From Octopus vulgaris (Eukaryota): a DNA stretch of 64,000 nt. Below are positions 37,021 through 47,987 of the stretch, piece after piece. A model generated the notes under the pieces. It was not told the DNA's origin, made no database searches, and saw only the letters and a program-made list of their open reading frames with translations. Positions within the stretch are counted from its first letter, which is position 1. The number at the start of each line of letters is the position of its first letter. The stretch covers positions 154,008,001 through 154,072,000 of the forward strand of contig OX597816.1 of the NCBI GenBank assembly GCA_951406725.2. Direction: 5' to 3'. The position numbers were made by a program, and so were the translations under genes.

Positions 37021-37574
37021 GTATTGGAAAACAGTATTAACAACCACTAAAATACACTTCAACAATATCACAGTTACTGAAAATTGTGGGATTGCCTGTC
37101 AAGTAGGTGACTTTTTCCAGGAATCTATTTAGACAACTATATATACTCGTTTGTATATAACATCCTACGTGACATATGTATAATTATAAACAGGGCAAAT
37201 TTTAGCTATTTCTCTGCAGACTGAAAAAATGATGAACAACCTTAATCGATTTTTGAATCTTATTGGGTTCTTATCAGAAGTGTCCACAGCATTTTAACAA
37301 TTTCCAGAGAAACAAGCAGCCAAACTGTTATATACTCAACAAATGCAGCAGTTACTCTATGAAGGAGCCCCTAATTTGCATACTAAAAGTATTTAACACT
37401 ATAAATACCAGCTGCCTGTCAACAGGATTCTTAGTCCACACAGTATCAAAGTATAATATAATATATAGGTATAATTATAAACGGAAAAATTTTAGCCATT
37501 TCTCTGCAGACTGAAAAAAATGAACAACCTTAATTGATTTTCAAACCTTATTGGGTTCTCATCAGAGGCATCCA

Positions 37575-37929
37575 CTAGGAACCCAACTGCCGTCCATTGG
37601 ACAGTGTAAGTTCGTGATAGGACTGGAGTCTAAAATAATGTAATTCCATTTCTGTCTGTGATGCTCTGACAACTGCAGTAGAAGCAGCATTGTGAGCACG
37701 CCAGAGTTCTGCTTGTTGAACAGTCTGTGATGCTTTGACAATCAAAGTAGAAGCAACATTGCAAGCACGCCAGAGTTCTGCTTGTTGAGCTGTCTGTGAT
37801 GTTCTGGCAGTTGAAGTAGAAGCAGCATTGCAAGCATGCCAGAGCACACCTGTCTTGCTTGCCTGCAAGGAATGCAAAACTGAAGCATTTTTTGTTTTTC
37901 TGCCAATGAGACTTGCTTTTTTGAGGCAT
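37575..37929 (-). pseudogene. Helitron-type N-terminal remnant with 23-aa STPR-like repeats
   Basis: 69-bp period (37652/37721/37790); RASQT.QQAELWRACNAAST; MPQK.../IGRKTKNAS start frameshifted at an A-run. Confidence 0.6.
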
Positions 37930-38680
37930 CCTACTGAAAATCTGTAATTGAATGAAATTTTTAAAAAATCAAATTTACCTCATTGCTGTTCGCATGCACT
38001 AAATATGGTATTTAAACACAAAAATTCCCACAACACTAAAGCGCTCAGTTATTTGCAATGGTATTATAAGCACCAAATGGCACATGGATGCAGACAGTTG
38101 TGAATGAACATTCACATGTGGACAGAATCTATTTCAAGAAAATCGATATTCTATCAACCAAAAGTGCAATTGTGATAAAATGTATATGATTGATGCAAAC
38201 ATCAGTGCACTGACAGGTGGCAGAAGGTAAAAGCTATTCCTAAGAAATATCACACTTGAGTGTGAAATTTAAAGAATGTGCAAATCGAAACGGTTTCTAG
38301 GACTTCTCTGAAAATGAAAGACACCCAAAACCAGGCTTCCTTTGGGAAAAAAGGATGTTAGCTTTAAAATTACCTTATATTAATTTGGAAGTAATGAAAA
38401 TTCTTTATAAATAAAGTTATTTAAGTCCACGTGACCGGGAAACTTCAATTGGAATAAAAAATTCGGCAATATGCGATGTTGACCAATAAAGTAGCAAACC
38501 TTGTGGATGAATAAGCTACCAGAACCAGCCAAATAGTGCTTTTTCTAGAAGGTAGCCGATGAATTTGATCTGTAAAATTTGTAAAAATGATAAGAAGATA
38601 TTGGCTGGTCCAGGTTTCTGTGAAGCTTGAAGACTGTGCCCTTCTTCAATTCAAAGTTCTGTGGTAGCACACTGGACAGT

Positions 38681-38806
38681 TCCAGCTGTAGAAACTCTGC
38701 CAGATCAGATTGGAGCCTGGCGCAGCTATCTGGTTCGCCAGTCCTCAGTCAAATCGTCCAACCCATGCTAGCATGGAAAGCGGACGTTAAATGATGATGA
38801 TGATGA
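38681..38806 (+). mobile_element. Short RTE/SINE 3' end with (GAT)n tail
   Basis: tccagctgtagaaac...ccatgctagcatggaaagcggacgttaaat(gat)n. Confidence 0.85.
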
Positions 38807-39139
38807 TTAATATTCATAGTTCTGCCATTGCTTACAGCAGTGAATTATAGTAACCATTGCATTTATTTAGTGTAATGAAAATTAAGTATCTTAGTTACAG
38901 TTACAAAGCAGTGCAAAGTGCAAATTCCTTGGCTAGTTGCCTGTTTACCTATCAACTCAGTCATCCAAAAGGCTAAATATAATTTAATTAATGAACATGA
39001 AAAATACTGATAAGCGCTTCATTTAAAAAACCCATAACTACCTCACCAACGAAACAAAGAAAAGGGGTAGATTAGGCACCAAGAAGAAGGGGTGGGAGGG
39101 AGAAGTAGGTTGTACACCGCAGAACACATGATGTGTTTA

Positions 39140-39530
39140 GCCATGTCTTATAGATATGATTGCAAAGGTGTCGTTGCAGAGAATGTCCAGCAACATTCAT
39201 TGATGCAGCCATTCCACCTTGCAGGGTTTATTTCTCAGATGGACCACAGTTATCCAGATTTTGTAAAGGTCTTAATGGCATCTAGCACAAACTGACTGCG
39301 GCCAATCAGGCTCTTGTATTTGATAATTTTTCTCTCCTCTGTGTTATGGCTAGCATATCTACATTTTCAGCCATTTTGGCAAGATTGGAGGTGGAGAGTG
39401 CGTTGTAACACGACTTGTCCTAGATTAGGAATCTGCCTCCCTCGTATGGGAAGAGAGTTATTCCATCAGGACACATACCATCCCTGCAGTCAAGATCTAC
39501 AATCTCCAGTAGTGACAGGAAATTAACTGT
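39140..39530 (-). mobile_element. CRE-like non-LTR retrotransposon 3' remnant (restriction-like endonuclease)
   Basis: LEIVDLDCRDGMCPDGITLFPYEGGRFLI*D...EERKIIKYKSLIGRSQFVLDAIKT...EWLHQ; degenerate RPD...D...K..KY...ET pattern. Confidence 0.7.
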
Positions 39531-41149
39531 ATTAAGTCAGTATTAATGTCAGTTAAAACAAAACTTTGATCAAGCTTTAAAACAAAATTTTACTCTACAT
39601 CTACTTGAGTAGCATTCATAACTGTTGCTTTCCATATTAAAAAATTATGGCTTTTTATTACTGCTCCTATTTTTCTATTTCTCCTTTAATGCTTCATAAA
39701 CCTCAGATATAATAAAAGTCAGGCGTCATTTGTTATCAACTGTGCATAATATCCCACAGTTGTGCCAGTACTGACTGTACATCTGTGATTGATAAAGTCG
39801 ACTTTAAATAAATCCCTGATGCAAAAAAATATATTTATAAGGATAGTATTTTTGCTTGAGTGTAACGAAGTTTTTAATCAGATTTGAATTTCTTCAAAAT
39901 TTTTAAAAAGTTAAGGGAGATAACTGCAATAACCGCGTGCAATGATTATCTCCCTTCCTCTAATAACTGCCGTCAAGAAAGAAATGTTGGAAAATATAAA
40001 CTGAAAAAGCGAAAGAAAAACAGATACGAGTAATAGTAACACAGGAAAATGTTCTAAACGGTACTTTTAGTTTTGCATTCCTTTACATTTATTAACATAT
40101 TAAAGAGACTAAGAAAATAAACTTCGAAAGACGACATCTTTCCTAATAACTCTCCGCATCCATTCAGGATATATTTCAGTTGTTGCTCATACATGTTTCT
40201 ACGCTTTAAAAAAGATCCTAGATCAGGAAGTTAGTTGGAACACCTTGGAGAGAGAAATCATATTATTTTGTATTAAAAACATTCATACTTGCTTTATATT
40301 ACATTGTAGCTGAACATTGCTCAGAATGAATACACATCAATTTTTTTTTTTTTTTTTATTAAACACATTTACTTAGTACACTTATATTTGCTTGCACAAT
40401 GGGTACATTTATTCCACCTCGCCTCTGCAGAAAGGATACCACTCAAAAGCAGCACCATCGTATTAGGAACAAATATACTGTCACGCTCTCGAAACAACCA
40501 ACGCAACACCCTTCACTTCAAGATTAAATTCAAGAAAATCTTTCTATAAATTTATGAATTTGTCTTGAAAGATTCAGAAATTTTTAATATTAGGAAGAAA
40601 TGAACCTTTAAAAAACGACAGGAAAAAACACTCTCCAAATGGTAGGGATCTGGTTGAGGACCTCACTGAATCAGTACTTGGTTTCTAGAAAGCCGGATGC
40701 GGTCAGAACAATTGTTAACTTTCCTCGATGAGGATATCGTGAATCCCCGACATATTAGGTATTCACATGAGACAGATCCCCTTGTATTGCACAGTAGGGC
40801 CCTTTTTTTTTTTATTTTGGTGGGATATGAAACAATCCATTTAACTGGCGAGACATCCGTCTATAATTGAATTTGAATACTTGAGAGAGAGAGAGAGAAC
40901 GTAACAGTAACAGATAAAGGGGGGATAACCATTCTACCACTGCAGTTTCAATTATGTCTCTTGAATCACCACTTCACTTTCACCGCAACATAATGATACT
41001 CTTTCAAAAGTCTTCACCAGATGGATAGGTACAGGGGCCTGTTCTGAGTTAAGAATTTCTCCTGTAGTTGTCTCACTTGGGAGAAAGTATTAGCAGTACC
41101 CTACCATGGCATAAATTTAAGATACATATAATCTAAGGTAATTTTATTT

Positions 41150-42305
41150 TTTCCAACCAAGAAGGCTAAAACTCTGTCACTTTCATAACTTGGCCTCTGT
41201 GGTAGCTTGTTTTTTGAGTATCTTCTCTGACCTCAAAGCAGCTGATTCTGCAACACCTATAATTAGGTATGACATGGCCCTGTTTTACCTGAATTATGAT
41301 GCAAGTAACCAGTACAAGCATTATTTGCAAGTTATTTTTAGCATCTCAGTAACTATCATCATTGACCCAGCTGCTTTCCCTGCCTTCATATCCTTAATCA
41401 CATTTTCGACTGTACAACCATTATCCTCTGTAAAATTAATTTGGTGTAAATTATTTTCGCCACATCTCATTCAGTAACTTCATGTAGTAACATTTACAAG
41501 CCTCTTTCCTTTTCTACTTTAGGCACAAGGCCCGAAATTTTGGGGGAGGGGGCCAGTCAATTAGATCGGCTCCAGTACGCAACTGGTACTTAATTTATCG
41601 ACCCTGAAAGGATTAAAGGCAAAGTCGACCTCAGGGAAATTTGAACTCAGAACATAAAGACACGAAATGCCCCCAAGCCTTTTGCTCAGCACGCTAACAA
41701 TTCTGCCAGCTTGCTGCCTTTCACAAACCTCTTTCTGTTCCACATCAGTGATGGTATGTGTGCCACTGTCACTCTCAGCGACGTCTTGATTCACATTCAC
41801 ACACTGTTTTGCAATCTGAAACATTATATGCTTCTATCCACTCATAGCAGAACATTGACAAAGGTCTCTTAGCTTGTCTCTGTGCTACATTTGCTTGATG
41901 TCTATCTTTTCTTATAGCTAAATGATACTATTCCCTGTTTCACCTTTCTTCCAAGTCTTTCAACTCATGTCACCTATCTGAACTGTACATTGCTCCATCC
42001 ACACTTCTAGTCTGTAGCTCATAACAAGTTGTCTTTTACAAGTTCTCACCATGATTATTGTGTTTCTGTACATTGCTGAAAAGCCAATTATCAAACCCTA
42101 ACTTCCTTAATGATCACTGAATCATTTCAAGTAGAACCCTCTCAAAGGCCTTCTCTAGGTTAACAAATGCCAGCTATAAGGGCTCATTCCTGGTTAGGTA
42201 CTTCTCCTATGCTTATCTAAATGGGAAGATAGCATCAATAGTACTTTTTATCTGGCACAAAGCCAAACTGCTTCTTATCTAAGTTCATTATCTTCCTAAT
42301 CAATT
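41150..42305 (-). mobile_element. RTE LINE fragments interrupted by a SINE
   Basis: IKDMKAGKAAG near 41370-41400 and QFGFVP near 42253-42270; fragments not colinear. Confidence 0.7.
41508..41718 (-). mobile_element. Well-preserved tRNA-derived SINE
   Basis: Full-length; closely matches 44660-44875; B-box-like gagttcaaattt/cc on minus. Confidence 0.9.
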
Positions 42306-44659
42306 GATGTGTGTGTGTGTGATATGCAGGTGTGGTTAAATTGTTAAGAAATTCACAATCAAGTACCATGGGTTTGATTCCACTGCTCAACTGATGGGTT
42401 AAATCCTCTACAAAGGTTTTGGTTAGCTTAAGCAGTGAATGAAACTGGGTTGATTGCAACTGTACAGAAGTGTGTGAGATAAATCAAAGAAGCCAGCCCT
42501 TCCTGTGATGCAATATCAAACTGATTTCTGCGAGCAGATTATATTAAAGATACATGTGTCTGTAAAATACACAACCACGTACACCATAATATACTGAGTA
42601 GATAATTCCATTCATTGAACAATGAACATCATCAAAATTAACACATCATTCCTCATCACTATATGTGTCAGAGAGAGAGAGAGGGGGAGGAAGAGAAATA
42701 TATTAATAATATGAAATCAATATGTAACCTTCCTATTCAAACTTCTAAAGAAAAGGTCTTGCAGCTGATCAAATCAATAGAATTCTGTTGGATAACTGGA
42801 AAGTCTTGTTTAAAACAATTCTATTACCACCAAAGCAAAGAAACTATTTCCCATGGTATAAATAGATGACTATAATGACTGCATTTGACTAATTATTATC
42901 CAATAAGTAGAGCAGCAGTCAACATTAAATAAATGTTTAGAAGCTGCCTTACATATGAGGATATCTGGTACTGACATTTATAGATATGAATTTCCAATGT
43001 CTAACAAAGTTGGTTAAGAGATGAAAACCTCATGAATATCCTAGATGCATAAAGTATTTTTTTTTTTTTTTTTATGTGATTAGATATCTAAAGTCTTTTC
43101 TAGACAAAGTGTTTCAGAAACATGCAGTTTCCTATCATCTTTCTCCCCCCCCCCTCTCTCTCTCACTCACTCATTCATTCTAATTTTTGTTTACTGGCTT
43201 GATCTGAACGAACAGGCTGAGACCATAGCTTTCGCAGATTTTCTGAGACTGGTGAAATCAACTCCATTAACATTCATCTTGATGAGGTGTGATTCAACAG
43301 CTGCAGTGGAAACTGAAAGCCAGTGTTCTGAGAAGGAAGAACCAGGCTTAAAGGTTAGTGTAGAGCTGTGTTTGGTGGACACATTGTGGGTGATGAGAAG
43401 AGGAGAGATGAATCAAAAGTGTATGAGTAGAAGTGGCAGAGGAGAGGCCAGAAAGATGAGACAATACATCTGGAATATGTTGGAGAATGACTTCATGACA
43501 ATCAGTTAAGTGGATGTGATCTAAACTGTAAGTATTAAAGCAGTGTAAATGTGATAAAAATATTTTAGCCTTTTCTGCACTTCAATGTGGGTTAAAGTAT
43601 GTTCTGATTCTGAAAAAGAAGACCAATTTTGGTGATTCATTTTTGGCTATATAAAGGATGTACATCTGCCAAGAGAAATCCTGTGATGGTGAAGCCTAAG
43701 ATTTGTAGTAACCTTCAGGGTTTCCATGTTATCCATGTTCTTTCTTTTTTCCCCTATACCAACATACATATGATGAAGCTGAATATAAGCTATGTCAATG
43801 TCACCAATCTAGGAAGGGCTGTAAAAAATCATGAGCACATTCCATCTTCCTGACTAATACATTAAAAAGAATTGGAACAAATATCCCTAAAGAGTACGCA
43901 TCAATTAGTTTCCCCTTGCCTTTTGAATAAGCACCCTTATCTATGCATACATAGTTTATTTAAGCTACTCCAAAGATTTGTTACTTTGGGCGTTTACAGT
44001 GAGCAGCTATATATATTTTATCTGGTTATTAGTTTTCATCACTTCTGCTATGTTTTCTCAATTTTCCTTTTGCATAGATTTCTTTCACTTGAATCTTTTA
44101 GCATTTTGATATCCAACTGTCCTCCCTCATTAGTGCTGTCATTTTTCTTGCACCCTATATTTGATTCTTCTTACGCCCAGTTTTATCTTTGGCTCATTTG
44201 TTCTATTATTCATACATACTAACATAGCATATCCAGCAAACCATTCTCACTTAATTTCTTTACAGTCTCTGCACATCCTCTGTTTTCAATGCCCAAACTT
44301 TTACTACCATTCAACACTTCATTTACAAGCACTATAGAATCTACTCTTCAGTTGAAGAAAGAATTCCTTTGCTGTTGGCAGAGGTAACAACTCCTTGAAC
44401 TTTTTTGTTCTTACTGTCGTTAATGTACTTTCAAAGCACCCACATCATTTAGTCCACCTACATTGTATAGAGCCTTTGGAGCAATACTCTATTATTCTGT
44501 TACTTGCTTCAGTCATATGTTGACATTCTGAATTCATGCATTTAAAGAATCATTATTTTTCTCAACAAGCATAGATCCCTCATCAGTTTTTATGCATTAA
44601 CAATTTACCTTTGGTTCTAAAACGATACTGTAGTGAGACCAATTTCCATTATTGTATAT

Positions 44660-44875
44660 TCTTTTCTAATTTAGGCGCAAGGCCCGAAATTTTTGGAGAG
44701 GGGGGTTCAATTGATTAGATCGACCCCAGTACGCAACTGGTACTTAATTTATCGACCTTGAAAGGATGAAAGGCAAAGTTGACTTTGGTGGAATTTGAAC
44801 TCAGAATGTAAAGACAGACGAAATACTGCTAAGCATTTCATCCGGCATACTAATGTTTCTGCCAGCTCGCTGCCT
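44660..44875 (-). mobile_element. Well-preserved tRNA-derived SINE
   Basis: ggcgcaaggcccgaaattt...cgaccccagtacgcaactggtacttaatttatcgacc...ctgccagctcgc. Confidence 0.9.
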
Positions 44876-46104
44876 TGCCATTATTGTATATTGAAAACAT
44901 TTGAATTATATAGGCTTGTCATATTAATCTGTAGTGATTGGTTAACATACCTTTCATGTGAGTGTTTGGATATTTGTTGAGTCCTGTGTTATGATTGGTT
45001 AAGTGTTGCATGGGAATTAGATCAAAGGTCCAATCACATTGTGTGTAACATATTTCAAACAATTAATCCTGTATATGTTCTGGAGCCTCCTTTTATCCAT
45101 AAATTGGTGCAACAAATTATTTACAAGTCAGAGGGTTGAGAATTTTTCATCAAGGTAAGTTAAATTAATAGAGCCCATGTAACCAATAATGACCCAAGCT
45201 GAATTATCAAAATGATGGATGAACCACAACAGAATTTGTAATGGCCCATTGTTATTTTAAAGTTGGTTTCTTTTGTTACTTCTATGAATGAACATGCAAA
45301 ATATATTATACAATGATATATATGATTCTTTATCAAAACCAAGGGAGACTTTTACCCAACATAAAAATACCTTGACCCTGGCATAAATCAATGGGAAATT
45401 GTGGAAGAAATTAAAATAATTGAAGCTGATAAACATTTAATTGAATGATTTTTTTAGCCATAAAACAATTAAAACATATATACAGAAAATACTTTTTTGT
45501 AAATGAGTATAAGAGCAGGTGTGCAATAGGTGATCAAAAATTGATTTAACTAATTTGATAATAAAAATGTAACAGAATTAACTTAAATGTTAATTCTGCA
45601 AAAGTGAAATCAGTAAATTAGAATTAAATTAGATAATAAATATAACAGTAACAAGAGACAAAAGAAAGTAAAAACTACTCCTAAAACAGGCACAAAACCT
45701 GGAATTTGGAGAAGGTGGAGGCAAGTCAAGTAAATCAACTATGGTACTTGACTGGTACTTTTATCAACCTTGGAGGGATGAAAGGAGAGTTGAACTCAAA
45801 ACATAATGAATCAAGAGAAATACAAAGTATTTTATCCAACACTTTAACAAATCACTGACCAAAGAAAGGGAAAAAAGTATTAATAATGATTTATTACAAT
45901 AGCACAGTCTCAGCTTAACAAGAGGAAGGGTACAATCAATTGATTCTGCTTCAGTATTCTGGTACTTTGTTTTCTACACTAAGAGCATAACAGAATACAG
46001 CTACATACCACTAGGCATTTAGCCTGGCAGTCAACCATGACACCAACTTAATAATAGTTGGCTTTGAATGTGTATTTGTTTGTTTTTGCTAGGTACTAAA
46101 TATT

Positions 46105-46540
46105 TATCTTTTATTGTTTCAGCAATTAAACTGCGACCATGCTGGAGCATTGCCCAAAAGAGTTAAACAAATCGACCCCAGTACTTATTTTTATTTTGTA
46201 AAATTTATTCTATCAGTCATTTTGCCGAACCGCTATGTTACAGAATTTAAACATACAAACACTAGTTGTTAAGCAATGGTGGGGGAACAACACAGACACA
46301 AAGTCACACACACACACACATATATATATTCTTTTATTTGTTTCAATCATTTGACTGTGGCCATTCTGGAGCACTGCCTTTAGTTAAACAAATCAACCCC
46401 AGGACTTATTCTTTGTAAGCCTAGTACTTATTCTATCAGTCTCTGTTGCCAAACTGCTAAGTTATGGGCATGTAAACACATTAGCATCGGTTGTCAAGTG
46501 ATGGTGTGGGGACAAACACAAACACGCACACGCGCACACA
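46105..46540 (-). mobile_element. Two tandem SINE 3' fragments
   Basis: Twice: tgtttcag/atc...actgcg/tggccat.ctggagcac...gaccccag.acttatt...caagc/tgatggtg.ggg.acaaacac(ac)n. Confidence 0.8.
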
Positions 46541-46541
46541 C

Positions 46542-47987
46542 CATCATCATCAATTAACGTCCGTTTTCCATGCTGGCATGGGTTGGACAGTTTGACTGAG
46601 GTCTGGAGAGCCAGCGGTGCAACCAGGCTCCAATCTGGTCAGGGAGAGTTTCTACAGCTGGATGCCCTTCCTAACGCCAACCACTCCAAGAGTGTAGTGG
46701 GTACTATTTACATGCCACTGGCACAGGAACAAGGAAGGCGGGCCTTGCAACGATCACGTTTGGATGGTGCTTTTTATGTGCCACCAGCACAGGAGCCAGT
46801 CAGTGGGTATTGGCATCCGTCACAATCAGTTGGTGCTCTTTATGTGCCACCGGCACCAGAGCCAGCCAGGTAGACCTGGCATCAACCATGTTCAGATAGT
46901 GCTTTTTATGTGCCATCAGCATGGGAGCCAGTCAGGGGGCACCTGCTCCAGCTACAATATTGGTTTTACTTGACTCAACAGATCTTCTCAAGTATATCAT
47001 ATCGCCCGACGCATCAAGAGTATTTTTAACAGGGCTGGACATGCATGGCTGCGATCTCACTTTAGTTTCTGGGTCTTCTCAATCACAGAATATCTCCTAA
47101 GGTCCTGGTCTCCTGTCATTGCCTCTCTGTGAGGCCCAATGTTCAAAGGTCATGCTTCACCACCTCATCCTATGTCTTCCTGGGTCTACCTCTTCCACAG
47201 GTTCCTTCTACAATTAGGGAGTGGCACTTCCTCACACAGCTGTCCTCATTCATATGTAACACATAACCATACCAGTGCAGTCGCCTCTCTTGCACACCAC
47301 ATTTGATGCTTCTTATGCCCAACTTTTCTCTCAGGGTGCTTACACTCTATCATGTATGCACACTAACATTACACATCCAGCAGATCATACTAGCTTCATT
47401 TCTTTCAAGCCTATGCATATCCTCAGCATCCATGGCCCATGTTTCACTGCCGTGTAGCATGGCAGCATGGCATCATACAGTCTACCTTTCACCCTGAGTG
47501 AGAGGCCATTAGTTGCCAGCAGAGATAGGACCCTGTCAAAGGCTTTCTCCAAGTCAACAAAAGCCAAGTACAAAGGTTTATTTTTGGCTAGGTATTTCTC
47601 CTGCAGTTTCTCCTCCAGAAATATAGCATCAGTGGTGCTTCTGCCTGGCACAAAGCCAAACTGCATCTCATCTAGGCTAACACTCTCCCTAATTAGTTGG
47701 GCTATGACCCTCTCTGTAACTTTCATCACCTGATCCAATAATTTGACACCCCTGTAGTTATTTCTATATAAAGTATCACCTTTCCCCTTGTAACAGTTGA
47801 CTATGGTGCTGCTACACCAGTCTCTGGGTATGATTCCTTCATGAACTACCTGATTTACGATGCAGGTGACGAGACCATATCCCACACCACCTGATATTTT
47901 AAGCATCCTAGCAGTGAATCCTAATGGGCCAGGTGCTTTCCCTGTCTTCATATCCTTAATTGCTTTATCTACGTGGGTACTGTCCAT
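46542..47987 (-). mobile_element. RTE LINE with internal deletion of the RT core
   Basis: 200-aa ORF KTGKAPGP...YKGKGD...NYRG...QFGFVPGRSTTDAIF...FVDLEKAFDRV fused near 47528 directly to LSLRVKGRLYDA; (GAT)n tail at 46542. Confidence 0.92.

Noticed and set aside
41620-41718. tRNA-like A/B boxes
   Set aside because: SINE head; no complete cloverleaf, so no tRNA gene called
46700-46925. Repeat-spacer-like pattern
   Set aside because: Part of the RTE 3' UTR; repeats degenerate and spacers resemble one another; not CRISPR
47385-47987. 200-aa ORF as a functional RT gene
   Set aside because: Lacks the YADD core because of an internal deletion; TE fragment
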